This document shows positions 1 to 9,771 of a stretch of DNA of 64,000 nucleotides, in pieces (positions within the stretch are counted from its first letter, which is position 1; every line of letters starts with the position of its first letter). This DNA comes from Bacillales bacterium UBA5348. GTDB taxonomy: Bacteria > Bacillota_I > Bacilli_A > RF39 > UBA660. Position numbers and translations under genes: made by a program. The stretch is from assembly GCA_002411005.1 (NCBI GenBank), contig DHQC01000009.1, positions 36,404 to 100,403 on the forward strand, written 5' to 3'. A model generated the notes under the pieces. It made no database searches, was not told the DNA's origin, and was given only the letters and a program-made list of their open reading frames with translations.

Positions 1-1
1 A

Positions 2-232
2 AAAAATGAAGTGGGATTCTATCGTGTAGATAAACAGAACTCAAATATTTTAACATTGCTATTTAGAGTTCCGACAATAAATAGAATAAAATTTATAGCT
101 GATGATATATATTTTGTTAGTAATGATACTTTATATTCATACCAAGAAAACCTTGGATTGAGACCATTGATAAAATATAATGAATTTATTTTTAATAGTA
201 GTGATTTATATAATGTATACATAGATGAATAA
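2..232 (+). CDS. 3' end of a CDS that starts upstream of the window (hypothetical protein)
   Basis: The frame is open from the first bases of the window to the stop at 230-232. No recognisable motif. Confidence 0.35.
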   Translation, partial: KNEVGFYRVDKQNSNILTLLFRVPTINRIKFIADDIYFVSNDTLYSYQENLGLRPLIKYNEFIFNSSDLYNVYIDE

Positions 233-252
233 AAATAGTAGGAGTGGTAAAT

Positions 253-1857
253 GTGATACTTAGAAAACCATATGCTTTACTTATTAAAAATTTTAAGAAA
301 ATACATTTGGTTTTGTGTGTTTTTATGGTCTATATTGCTTATCGTTCAAGTAATATTTTTACCTTTTTTAATGATTTGATAAACCATGGTACATTTGACC
401 GTACTGCTTTTTCACTTCCTTCTACATATATTAATATATATATGTTTATTATAACTATCTTTATAGTGGCAGTAACGCTAGTTATATATATTTTAATGCG
501 TGAAAAAAAGAAGCCTAAGCTATTATATTTATTAATAATATTTTTTTACTTGGCTTTAATAATCTTCTTTTTTGGAACATATAATACTCTTGAAGCAATT
601 GAAATATCTACTATGAATCCAAGAACTCTCAGAATTATAAGAGATATTACCGGTATTATTTGTTATGTACAATATGCTTTCATCATTTTAATAGCTATTA
701 GAGCGCTTGGTTTTAATATTAAAAAGTTTAATTTTGGTGAGGATTTAGCTGAATTAAAGATAGATGTTAGCGATAATGAAGAGTTCGAACTTAATGTTGG
801 TATAGATTCACGAAAGATTGGAAGAAATCTTCGAAGAGGAAAAAGAGAAGTTAAATATTTTGTGGTTGAAAACTTCTTCGTTTTGTCACTTATTTTGCTT
901 GTGTTAGTAACCTTCCTTGGTATTGGAGTGTTTTTAAATACACAAGTTTATAACAAAGTTCACTCTCAATACAAGTCGTTTAAAGTAAATAATTTTATAG
1001 TTCAAGCAAATGAAAGTACCTTTACACGAATAAATCAACGAGGAATTGAAATAGCACCTGATGGTAAAATATTTGTTATAAGTAATATTACATTTAAAAA
1101 CGTTGATAATAAGCCTCATAAACTTGATCTTGATGATATAAATTTAACATTTGGCAAAGATATTTTTAGCCCAATTATATCACGTTACCAATCTTTTCTT
1201 GATTTAGGTACTGGATATATTAATCAATCAATAAAAGCAGGGGAAACAAGGGCTTTCATTTTTGTATTTGAAGTTGATGAAAAAGTGAAATTAAATAAAT
1301 TAATATTCAGATATAGAGAAAGCCTACATATAAGCCCTGCCAAACTAGAAGCTAAATATAAAAGAATACGATTAAATGGAAAAATAAACGATGAAGTAGT
1401 TAATGTTGATGGGGTAAAAATGAATGAAGAACTGTCATTTGAATCATCTTCACTAGGTAAAACAAAATTGAAAATAAACGACGTACAAATTGCAGACTTA
1501 TTTATTTATGAAGCAAAGGCTTGCTCGGGAATTGTTTGTAATATTTATCAAAATAATTTAACAATGGAGTATACGACTGAAAAGGCTACATTAATGAAAC
1601 TTTCATTTGATTATATCAAAGATCCAACTACTGTTATAAACAATGTTGCCAAGCTGTCACATCTTGTCAATTCGTTTGGTTCTATTTACTATAGTGTGGG
1701 TTCTAAGAATTACTCAACTGAATTAAGTAATGTAACACCATCTAATTATAATGGCAGCGATTTATATTATAAGGTTTCGTCTAATATTAAAAATGCAGAT
1801 AGCATTCAATTGGTATTCTGTATAAGAGATAAACAATTTGTTTACAAATTAAAATAA
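253..1857 (+). CDS. Multi-pass membrane protein with a large C-terminal extracytoplasmic domain, function unknown
   Basis: Long ORF. AGGAG at 239-243 favours the in-frame GTG at 253 over the GTG at 244. Several hydrophobic helices occur in the first ~230 aa. Confidence 0.6.
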   Translation: MILRKPYALLIKNFKKIHLVLCVFMVYIAYRSSNIFTFFNDLINHGTFDRTAFSLPSTYINIYMFIITIFIVAVTLVIYILMREKKKPKLLYLLIIFFYLALIIFFFGTYNTLEAIEISTMNPRTLRIIRDITGIICYVQYAFIILIAIRALGFNIKKFNFGEDLAELKIDVSDNEEFELNVGIDSRKIGRNLRRGKREVKYFVVENFFVLSLILLVLVTFLGIGVFLNTQVYNKVHSQYKSFKVNNFIVQANESTFTRINQRGIEIAPDGKIFVISNITFKNVDNKPHKLDLDDINLTFGKDIFSPIISRYQSFLDLGTGYINQSIKAGETRAFIFVFEVDEKVKLNKLIFRYRESLHISPAKLEAKYKRIRLNGKINDEVVNVDGVKMNEELSFESSSLGKTKLKINDVQIADLFIYEAKACSGIVCNIYQNNLTMEYTTEKATLMKLSFDYIKDPTTVINNVAKLSHLVNSFGSIYYSVGSKNYSTELSNVTPSNYNGSDLYYKVSSNIKNADSIQLVFCIRDKQFVYKLK

Positions 1858-1874
1858 GGGATTAAATCCCTTTT

Positions 1875-2330
1875 TTAGTTTTTAACAATTATACCGCAAG
1901 CAATGCGTTCTCCAGCATCACCTGAAGGTTGGGTTCTATAATCATCTGGCTTTAGATGGACAATAACAGCTTTCTTGATTATATCTTCAGGTTTAAACCT
2001 GCTGGTATAAAAAGTCATGAAAGAGTAGCCATTATTGGATAGAAGCGATGGTAAATCACCAGCATGAAAGGGATGCTCTTTTTTTGTTGGATTGTAATGG
2101 CCTTTGGCCATTTTAAAGTGATCTTCAGAATCATCACAGGTGCTTCCCTCATGGATATGAAATGCAAAGAATCCGGTATTTTCCTGATTGTTGGTTGTTT
2201 TATTTACAGATGGTAAGTTCGCAATTTCAACCTTTACAAGGGTACCATCTAACCAAGGGAAAAAATCTATTTTTCCATCTAGTTTTGGGGCAAACTCATT
2301 TCCAATTAAATGTGTTGTAGCATATGGCAT
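1875..2330 (-). CDS. sodC: Cu/Zn superoxide dismutase family protein
   Basis: Motifs FHIHEGSTCDD, GHYNP, HAGDLP and GDAGERIACGII. The internal ATG at 2330 is preceded by AAGGAGGA, so the ORF-track start at 2405 is probably too long. Confidence 0.8.
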   Translation of the reverse strand: MPYATTHLIGNEFAPKLDGKIDFFPWLDGTLVKVEIANLPSVNKTTNNQENTGFFAFHIHEGSTCDDSEDHFKMAKGHYNPTKKEHPFHAGDLPSLLSNNGYSFMTFYTSRFKPEDIIKKAVIVHLKPDDYRTQPSGDAGERIACGIIVKN

Positions 2331-2444
2331 ATAATCCTCCTTGATACATTTTATACAAAAATTTATTATATATTCTTTTGTATTGCAATAGCGTCTTTTT
2401 TTCAAATGCTATACATATAATTTGTTGGAGGCAAGACAAGATAT

Positions 2445-3362
2445 ATGAGAGAAGAAACAATGGCGGTAGGTATCCCAAAAGCATTACTTTATCATAATTA
2501 CCATGTTTTGTGGGAACATTTTTTTAATGAACTCGGGGTTGATTTAGCATATAGTAAATCGACCGATAAAGAAATTTTAGAGAGGGGTAAAAAGCATTCG
2601 ATTGATGAAGCTTGTTTATCCTTAAAAATATACTTAGGGCATGTTGATTATCTAATGGATAAAGTTGATTATATTTTAGTGCCTAGGATTGTATCTTTAA
2701 AAAAATATGATAAATTATGCACTAATTTTTATGCTTTATATGACATAGTAAACAATTTATTTAATACTAAAATAATAAATTACAACATTGATATAGATAA
2801 TCACATAAATGAGAAAAAAGCATTTATCAGAATGGGAAAGGATCTTGGTTTTACAAGAGCTTCATCAGTCCATGCTTATATGAAAGCTAAGCGAATAGTT
2901 AAGCGAAATGCTAAGCATCGCTTTATCAAACAAAGTCATCTATTAGAAAGTCCGAAATTAAAAATTCTTTTGGCAGGGCATCCTTATAACTTACGTGATA
3001 AGTTTATTGGAGGAATGGTAGCGAACATTTTAAAAAAACTTGATGTTGAAATAATTTATAGCGATATTTATGATGAGAGAGAATCTCGCGATAAATATAA
3101 AAGTATTTCACCACGCTTATACTGGACATATAATCAAGACATAATCAATTCAATTCTTTATTATCAACAGAAAGTAGATGGTATTATTATGATTACTAGT
3201 TTTCCATGTGGCCCAGATTCTTTAGCTAACGAAATGTGTTTAAGAAAAATTGATAAGCCAATCATCAATCTAATTATAGATGAATTAAGTAGTGAGGTAG
3301 GATTAGAAACAAGAATAGAGAGTTTTATAGATATTATCAAAGCGAGGTTAAAAAATGGATAA
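2445..3362 (+). CDS. Acyl-CoA dehydratase activase-related protein (DUF2229-like)
   Basis: The GIPKALLYH N-terminus and the PCGPDS motif are typical of the uncharacterised domain fused to CoA-substrate-specific enzyme activases. Overlaps the next gene. Confidence 0.6.
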   Translation: MREETMAVGIPKALLYHNYHVLWEHFFNELGVDLAYSKSTDKEILERGKKHSIDEACLSLKIYLGHVDYLMDKVDYILVPRIVSLKKYDKLCTNFYALYDIVNNLFNTKIINYNIDIDNHINEKKAFIRMGKDLGFTRASSVHAYMKAKRIVKRNAKHRFIKQSHLLESPKLKILLAGHPYNLRDKFIGGMVANILKKLDVEIIYSDIYDERESRDKYKSISPRLYWTYNQDIINSILYYQQKVDGIIMITSFPCGPDSLANEMCLRKIDKPIINLIIDELSSEVGLETRIESFIDIIKARLKNG

Positions 3363-4422
3363 AAAGATTATTACTTTTCCACAGTTGGCTAACTATCATA
3401 TACCAATTGAGTTTTTATTAACTAATCTTGTTGAGTGTGATGTTTTAAAATCCCCGCCTATTACACAAAAAACAATTGAATTGGGTTCTAAACATAGCCC
3501 TGAATTTGTTTGTATGCCATTTAAATATAATCTTGGTAATTTTATAGAATCATTGGATTTAGGTACAAATGTTTTGTTACAGGCTGGTGGTGGTTGTCGT
3601 TATGGATATTACGCTGAGGTTCAAAAACAAATCCTAAAAGATTTAGGTTATAAGTTTGAGTTTTATTCTATAACTGAAACTGATAAAATCGCTATTATAT
3701 CAGTTTATAAGACGTTAAAGTCATTGAATCCTAAGCTGAAGTTCTTTAAATATCTTTATTATTTAATTATTACTTTTAAGATGATTCACTACATGGATAA
3801 AATTGATATATATATTAGAAAAAATATTGGTTTTGAAGTAATCCCTGATAGTTTTGATAAGTTATTATTAGAGATGTTGGATGATTTTAAGAATACAACT
3901 GGATTGTTTCATTTGAATAAATTATATCGTATATATCTCTCTAGATTTAAGAAACTAGAAATAAATAAGCCTAATAAAAATTTAAAAATAGGTGTTATTG
4001 GAGAACTTTATACTTTGATGGAACCTTTCTCTAATTATGATTTAGAAAAAATGTTAGCCAAAATGAATGTTGAGGTAAGTAGGTATACAAATGTTACTTA
4101 TTTAATAATTACTAAGAGATTTAATAATAAGAAAATGTTAAAAATATGTAATAAATATTGTAAATATCCAATAGGAGCTGATGGTATGGATAATATAGCT
4201 AGTGCTATTTCCCTAGCTTTAGAGGGATATGATGGTCTTATACACATTAAGCCCTTTGGTTGCACCCCGGAGATTGGTGCAATGCATATTTTAAACAAAG
4301 TCAGTGAAGATTATAAAATCCCTATTATATATTTCACTTTTGATAATCAGACCTCGATAGAGGGAATAAAAACTCGTTTAGAGGCATTCTACGACATGAT
4401 AAAGATGAGGAGGAGTAAATGA
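3355..4422 (+). CDS. 2-hydroxyacyl-CoA dehydratase / activase-associated family protein
   Basis: Motifs SPEFVCMPFKYNLGN, GGGCRYGYY and KPFGCTPE. Coding overlaps with both neighbours suggest translational coupling. Confidence 0.6.
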   Translation: MDKKIITFPQLANYHIPIEFLLTNLVECDVLKSPPITQKTIELGSKHSPEFVCMPFKYNLGNFIESLDLGTNVLLQAGGGCRYGYYAEVQKQILKDLGYKFEFYSITETDKIAIISVYKTLKSLNPKLKFFKYLYYLIITFKMIHYMDKIDIYIRKNIGFEVIPDSFDKLLLEMLDDFKNTTGLFHLNKLYRIYLSRFKKLEINKPNKNLKIGVIGELYTLMEPFSNYDLEKMLAKMNVEVSRYTNVTYLIITKRFNNKKMLKICNKYCKYPIGADGMDNIASAISLALEGYDGLIHIKPFGCTPEIGAMHILNKVSEDYKIPIIYFTFDNQTSIEGIKTRLEAFYDMIKMRRSK

Positions 4423-5369
4423 TGAGAGAATGTTGGTTAGGTATTGATGTAGGGTCTATTTCGACTAAAGGTGTTATTATTGATGAAAACAATAAAATAA
4501 TTGCTACTTCATATTTATGGACAGAGGGAAATCCTATGGAGGCTGTAAAAAAGGTTATTAATAATTTAGAACAGAAGTTACTAGAGAAAAACAGTGTTGT
4601 TGTTGGAGTAGGTGTTACGGGGAGTGCTAGAAAATTAATTGGCTCCATGGTAGGAGCAAATATGATTAGAAACGAAATAACAGCCCATGCTATAGGTACT
4701 TTGTCATTATTTCCTAATGTTAAAACTATACTTGAGATAGGTGGCCAAGATTCTAAAATAATTATTTTAGAAGATGGCGTAGTTGTCGATTATGCCATGA
4801 ATACATTATGTGCAGCAGGAACCGGTTCATTCCTAAGTTCCCAAGCAAAAAGATTAGGGGTACGGGTAGAGGACTTTGGAGATATCGCCCTTAAATCAGA
4901 TAATCCTGCAAGAATAGCTGCGAGATGCACCGTTTTTGCAGAATCCGATTTAGTTCACAAAACCCAAGCTGGTTATAAAAAAGCAGAAATAATAGCAGGT
5001 TTATGTGATTCTGTTGTTAATAATTATTTAAATAATGTAGCTAGAGGGAAGAAAATAATTCCTCCTATTGTCTTTCAAGGAGGAGTTAGCAAAAATAAGG
5101 GGGTTATAAGATCCTTTGAAAAAATATTAAACGAAAAAGTACATGTAGATGAATTAGGTCATCTAATGGGTGCTTTAGGAATAGCTATTCTTTCAAGAAA
5201 GACACAACTAAAAGAGCCCTTTTCCTTTAATATCACAAACGAGAAATTCGAAACAAAAGGTCATGAATGTTCAAATTGTCCTAATCGTTGTGAAATAGTA
5301 GGTATTTATAAAAATAAAGAGTTAATTGATGTATGGGGAAACAGATGTGAAAAGGGTGTAAATAGTTAG
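4419..5369 (+). CDS. BadF/BadG/BcrA/BcrD-type ATPase (CoA-substrate-specific enzyme activase)
   Basis: Motifs GIDVGSISTKGV, EIGGQDSK, CAAGTGSFL and FQGGVSKN, plus a C-terminal Cys cluster (CSNCPNRCE...GNRCE). Confidence 0.8.
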   Translation: MMRECWLGIDVGSISTKGVIIDENNKIIATSYLWTEGNPMEAVKKVINNLEQKLLEKNSVVVGVGVTGSARKLIGSMVGANMIRNEITAHAIGTLSLFPNVKTILEIGGQDSKIIILEDGVVVDYAMNTLCAAGTGSFLSSQAKRLGVRVEDFGDIALKSDNPARIAARCTVFAESDLVHKTQAGYKKAEIIAGLCDSVVNNYLNNVARGKKIIPPIVFQGGVSKNKGVIRSFEKILNEKVHVDELGHLMGALGIAILSRKTQLKEPFSFNITNEKFETKGHECSNCPNRCEIVGIYKNKELIDVWGNRCEKGVNS

Positions 5370-5414
5370 AATTTTAACTATATGAATATAAGTTTTAAAA
5401 TATGCAATAATCAT

Positions 5415-5443
5415 TTGACATTGTTTAATAATATATATATACT
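5415..5443 (+). promoter_or_regulatory. Sigma-A-type promoter of the TetR gene (TTGACA-17 nt-TATACT)
   Basis: TTGACA at 5415-5420, a 17-nt spacer, and TATACT at 5438-5443. Confidence 0.55.
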
Positions 5444-5448
5444 TATAT

Positions 5449-5463
5449 ATGACAATATGTCAT
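5449..5463. promoter_or_regulatory. Candidate TetR operator (perfect palindrome ATGACA-ATA-TGTCAT)
   Basis: A 15-bp inverted repeat lies between the -10 box and the RBS of the TetR gene. Confidence 0.45.
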
Positions 5464-5475
5464 TAAGGAGAATGC

Positions 5476-6081
5476 ATGATGGTAAAACAAACATTTTTAA
5501 ATTTATCAACAGAAAAACAAGAACGAATATTAGAAGCTGCAAAACGTGAATTTTCAAGAGCTTCACTAAACGAAGCCTCAGTTGCTAACATAATAAAAGA
5601 CGTGGGTATTCCTAGGGGAAGCTTCTATCAATATTTTAATGATTTAGAAGATATATTTTATTATATTTTAGAAAATCACTCTCAAGATATAAAGCAACGT
5701 TTGACAACTAATTTAGTCTATTTTAAAGGAGATATTATTAAATCTTTTGCTGATCTATATAAATATATTTTAGATAAGGTTAGTGAAGATAACAATAAAT
5801 TATATTTTAAAAATATATTTTTAAATATGGATTATAAACTCGAAAAGAAGTTTTTACCAAATTTGGAGGATAATTTAAATGAAATTATTCAACTTGTTGA
5901 TATTACATCATTAAATATTAATAGTCGTTTACAATTGATATATGTACTTGAAATTATTGAAGCTGTAATGATGCGAAATCTTGTTCAAGTTTTTCAAAGA
6001 AGTCTTTCTAAAGAGAAAGACATAGAAATATTTATAAAAGAACTCTTATTACTTAAAGAGGGCCTTTATAATAAAAGTTGA
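5476..6081 (+). CDS. TetR/AcrR family transcriptional regulator
   Basis: The N-terminal HTH signature ...SVANIIKDVGIPRGSFYQYF is typical of TetR_N. Confidence 0.85.
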   Translation: MMVKQTFLNLSTEKQERILEAAKREFSRASLNEASVANIIKDVGIPRGSFYQYFNDLEDIFYYILENHSQDIKQRLTTNLVYFKGDIIKSFADLYKYILDKVSEDNNKLYFKNIFLNMDYKLEKKFLPNLEDNLNEIIQLVDITSLNINSRLQLIYVLEIIEAVMMRNLVQVFQRSLSKEKDIEIFIKELLLLKEGLYNKS

Positions 6082-6095
6082 AGTTAATCAGAACT

Positions 6096-7445
6096 TCAAC
6101 TTTTTAATTGGGTGCCTGGATAATAATGACTCAATATATTTTCGTAAGTATAGCCTTCCTTTGCCATTCCATTAGCTCCATATTGGCTCATGCCAACACC
6201 ATGGCCGTAACCTCTTGTAACAATAACAGCTATTGTACCATCTGTTTTTATATCAAAATCAGCTGACCTTAAACCTAATAGAGAGCGCAATTCTATCCCG
6301 GTATAAATATTATCACCAATTTTTATTTTATCAATTCTATTACCACTAGTTTTTGAAAGTACTTCTACATTTGTCGTTGCATTAAAATCAAGACCAATAA
6401 TTGAACTTAAAATGTTAAATTCTTTTGTTGTTTCCCTTAGGTAACTACTAGCATCTAGATCCCAGTGGCTATCAACACTTTTTAAATATGGAAAAGAATT
6501 TCCCCATACTGCTATAGCGTCCTCGGTTTGACCGTTGCTAGTTGAATGATAAACGGCTTCAATATAAGTACCATTATAGGTTAAATATTGACTTTCAGTT
6601 TCAGATACAGCATTCTTTATTTTATTATAATATGTTTGGAAATCCGCTCCCCACATTAATTTTAATTGACCTATATCTTTATATACTTGGTTAGATGTAT
6701 TGTCTTTTAAAACTTGATTTGTTTCAATTTTTTTCAAGGCGTAGGTTCTTGCTAGAACGCTTTGTGCTTTCAATGCTTCACTATTGAACGAGGCAGGCAT
6801 TTCACCTGCGACTACCCCAACAATATAATCTTCTAAAGCAATTTGTTCAACAGTTCCGTTATATCTATAGACGGTAACTATATTTTCGGCAGGAGTAGGT
6901 ATGGTAGGGGGTGCAGGGGCAACTTTTGCAGGGGGTTGTTCTATAGGGGTTATAGGAGGTTCAGGAGCAGGTGGGGTAACATTGTCAATAATATTTTTAT
7001 TAGGTGGGGTAGCAGCCTCTTGGTATGAAGAAGTTTCATGAGTCTCCTTAACTATCGGTGTTGTTATTTTGCTTTCGTTAGTTTGCTCGATCGTTTCCTC
7101 TTTCTGGAAAATATCAGTTACTGTTTTGTTTTCTCCAAAAATATCTATTTGTTCAACATATTTATATTTTGGTTCAAAAGAATTTTTTAAATTATTAAAT
7201 TGGTAATTTGAAATAAATAAAGATCCTACGACTAAACCACCAACAACAAGAAACACTTTCCCCATTTTAAAATCAATCTTTTTTTCTTTAATATAATTGA
7301 CAACTTTATTATATATAGTTTCAATTTTTTCTTTTTTTCCCTTAAATTCAAAATCTGTACCAAATTCATAATCAAAATCAACAAATAGATAGAGAGATTC
7401 TTCCTCATTTTCCTCATTACTAATTTTCAAATGTTTATAAAACAT
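6096..7445 (-). CDS. SpoIID/LytB domain protein with an N-terminal membrane anchor and a proline-rich linker
   Basis: Motifs EDYIVGVVAGEMPASFNSEALKAQSVLARTYAL and GYGHGVGMSQYGANGMA. A Pro-rich stretch (TPPAPEPPITPIEQPPAKVAPAPPTIPTP) separates the anchor from the catalytic domain. Confidence 0.8.
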   Translation of the reverse strand: MFYKHLKISNEENEEESLYLFVDFDYEFGTDFEFKGKKEKIETIYNKVVNYIKEKKIDFKMGKVFLVVGGLVVGSLFISNYQFNNLKNSFEPKYKYVEQIDIFGENKTVTDIFQKEETIEQTNESKITTPIVKETHETSSYQEAATPPNKNIIDNVTPPAPEPPITPIEQPPAKVAPAPPTIPTPAENIVTVYRYNGTVEQIALEDYIVGVVAGEMPASFNSEALKAQSVLARTYALKKIETNQVLKDNTSNQVYKDIGQLKLMWGADFQTYYNKIKNAVSETESQYLTYNGTYIEAVYHSTSNGQTEDAIAVWGNSFPYLKSVDSHWDLDASSYLRETTKEFNILSSIIGLDFNATTNVEVLSKTSGNRIDKIKIGDNIYTGIELRSLLGLRSADFDIKTDGTIAVIVTRGYGHGVGMSQYGANGMAKEGYTYENILSHYYPGTQLKS

Positions 7446-7551
7446 AATATCACCTATGATTAGTATCTTTTAAAATGGTCAAAATAATACTGTTGTAAAT
7501 AATAAAATCTGTAATTTCAACATATACTAATTTTCAAAGGGGTGTTTTCGA

Positions 7552-8268
7552 ATGGATTTTATGCATACTCTAGAGGTTCTTTTAAGAAGTGTAGTCTCTC
7601 TGGTGGCCTTATTTTTTTTGACAAAGATGTTAGGCAAAAAACAAGTATCTCAGCTTAGTGCTTTCGATTATGTTATTGGTATATCAATGGGATCCATAGC
7701 AGCTGAAATGACAATAAATATGGATGCCCCATTTTTTGACGGCCTAACAGCTATGGCTGCTTATGCAATAGTTGCCTTTTTAGTTTCTTATCTAACACTT
7801 AAAAGTATTCGTTTACGAAGATTCTTTACGGGAGTACCTATTATTTTAATACAGGATGGTAAAATAATTAAAAAGAATTTACGAAAAGCCCTTCTTGATC
7901 TTAATGATTTACTTGAGGAGGCTCGTAATGAAGGATATTTTGAAATAGGTGAAATAGCTTATGCAATTATGGAAACGACCGGGCATATTAGTTTTCTTCT
8001 TAAGACAGAAAATAGACCTGTTACACTTAAGGATTTAAAATTAAAAGATACAGTAGCTGGTTTGTCAGCTAATGTCATAATAGACGGTAATATTATGGAG
8101 AATAATTTAAAAATCATAAAAAAAGAAAAGAAATGGCTTATAAAAGAAATAAAAAAACAGGGATACGAGAACCCTGAATCTATTTTTTTAGCTACTGTAG
8201 ATGTTAATTATAAAGTTGTAATATATGAATATTCAGAAAACATAGAGCCTAAAGATGTTTTAGAATAA
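7552..8268 (+). CDS. DUF421 (YetF-like) membrane protein
   Basis: The LGKKQVSQLSAFDYVIGISMGSIAA signature and overall length match the family. Confidence 0.7.
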   Translation: MDFMHTLEVLLRSVVSLVALFFLTKMLGKKQVSQLSAFDYVIGISMGSIAAEMTINMDAPFFDGLTAMAAYAIVAFLVSYLTLKSIRLRRFFTGVPIILIQDGKIIKKNLRKALLDLNDLLEEARNEGYFEIGEIAYAIMETTGHISFLLKTENRPVTLKDLKLKDTVAGLSANVIIDGNIMENNLKIIKKEKKWLIKEIKKQGYENPESIFLATVDVNYKVVIYEYSENIEPKDVLE

Positions 8269-8808
8269 TTACAGTTTAAAATCGTCGGTTTTTTTATCAT
8301 TCATATCTTTTCCATCGTAGAAAGTTCTTTCTTTAAAACGAGCTGTTTTAGCTATAATATTTGAGGGAAACATTCTGACGAGTTTATTAAAATTTGAAAT
8401 AGTATCATTGTAATATGCTGTATATCCATTTAGTTCAGCTTCGTTTTCTCTTAAAGAAAAATCCATTTGAGTAAAACTGTCCAATTTAACTAATTCTCTA
8501 TATTTAAACTTTAAATTAGAAAATTCTCTTGTTATAGAAACAAGTATGCGTTCTAATTCAAAACTTGATAACTCAGAATCTTTTATATCTTTTAATTCAA
8601 TCATTACTTCTTCATCAACATGTTCTTTTATAAAACCGGCAGCTTTTCTTAATTGATCAAATCTCTCTCTTAAAGTTGTATCAATTTTGCCTTCAACTTC
8701 ATTTATTTTTATTAAATATCTCTGGAAGGAATTGTAGTATATTACATATACTAATCCAAGGATACACACAACAATTGTAATTAATGAAAAAAACATTAAG
8801 CTATCCAC
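8269..8808 (-). CDS. LemA family protein
   Basis: An N-terminal TM helix, then YYNSFQ... and the C-terminal YYNDTISNFNKLVRMFPSNIIA motif. Confidence 0.7.
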   Translation of the reverse strand: MDSLMFFSLITIVVCILGLVYVIYYNSFQRYLIKINEVEGKIDTTLRERFDQLRKAAGFIKEHVDEEVMIELKDIKDSELSSFELERILVSITREFSNLKFKYRELVKLDSFTQMDFSLRENEAELNGYTAYYNDTISNFNKLVRMFPSNIIAKTARFKERTFYDGKDMNDKKTDDFKL

Positions 8809-8867
8809 ATTATCACCTATTCTTCATTAATGAGTATAACAAAATAAGAAGAATTTTTCAATCCTTC

Positions 8868-9236
8868 TTATCTTATTTGTCCAAACGAAGGGCTATAATT
8901 AATGGGCTCTTCAAAGTCAACATAATTTAAATAAATAATTAATAGTAGGTGCCATAAACCAGTGTTAGGATCACTTATTATAATATGGTCTCTCCCAGCA
9001 GCTTCAATAACGCCTGTAAATATTTTATCTCGCCATTCTACCGAATCAGGGTAGGACATATAAAATTTAGCAACTTTACCTTTATTTAATCTTAAAATAT
9101 TCTCGATGTAAGATTGCTCTGTACCTTGCAGATTAGTTATATTTTGTTCAATTGATGGACCCATTTGTTGATTTGGTGTAGGCGTTTGTAGAGCACTTCC
9201 TGGAAACATTGGATTTGGATAATAACTGTTATTCAT
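8868..9236 (-). CDS. gerQ: Spore coat protein GerQ-like
   Basis: A Q/P-rich N-terminus followed by YIENILRLNKGK..., GVIEAAGRDHIIISDP and a YVDFEE core. Confidence 0.7.
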   Translation of the reverse strand: MNNSYYPNPMFPGSALQTPTPNQQMGPSIEQNITNLQGTEQSYIENILRLNKGKVAKFYMSYPDSVEWRDKIFTGVIEAAGRDHIIISDPNTGLWHLLLIIYLNYVDFEEPINYSPSFGQIR

Positions 9237-9372
9237 AAAATCATTCCTCTCTTAGAATCTATTTAAATATATGTTGTTTTTAAAAAAATAGACTAATTTA
9301 TCCTTTTCTTAATTATTTAGAGAACTTTAAGAATATAAATAGATAGGATTATTTAAAAAAATAGTTAAAACA

Positions 9373-9401
9373 TTTACTTTAATTGATATTCTTGATATAA
9401 T
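9373..9401 (+). promoter_or_regulatory. Candidate promoter of the rpsF-ssb-rpsR operon (TTTACT-17 nt-TATAAT)
   Basis: Hexamers at 9373-9378 and 9396-9401. Confidence 0.45.
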
Positions 9402-9474
9402 TTAAAACGAGTATTAAATTACTCCTTGCTTTTCACTAATGAGAAAAGCCAAAAGACCAAGAGGAGGTGAAAAC

Positions 9475-9759
9475 ATGAAATATGAAATCATGTTTATCGT
9501 AAGACCTGATATGGAAGAAGCAAATCTAAAGGAAGTTGTTACTAGTTTTGAAAACATTCTAATTAACAATGAAGCTAAGATTATAAATTCTAAAAATATG
9601 GGTCAAAGAGAATTAGCTTATGAAATTAAAAAATATAAGCGCGGATTCTATTATGTGTACCAAATTGAAGCTCCAGTAAAAGCGATAAATGAATTTGATC
9701 GTTTAGCTTTACTAAGTGAAGATATGATACGCCATATGATTATTAGATTAGAAGATTAA
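9475..9759 (+). CDS. rpsF: 30S ribosomal protein S6
   Basis: MKYEIMFIVRPD... is a typical S6 N-terminus. GAGGAGGTGA lies 5 nt upstream of the ATG at 9475. Synteny with ssb and rpsR. Confidence 0.95.
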   Translation: MKYEIMFIVRPDMEEANLKEVVTSFENILINNEAKIINSKNMGQRELAYEIKKYKRGFYYVYQIEAPVKAINEFDRLALLSEDMIRHMIIRLED

Positions 9760-9771
9760 GGAGTTGTTGAT

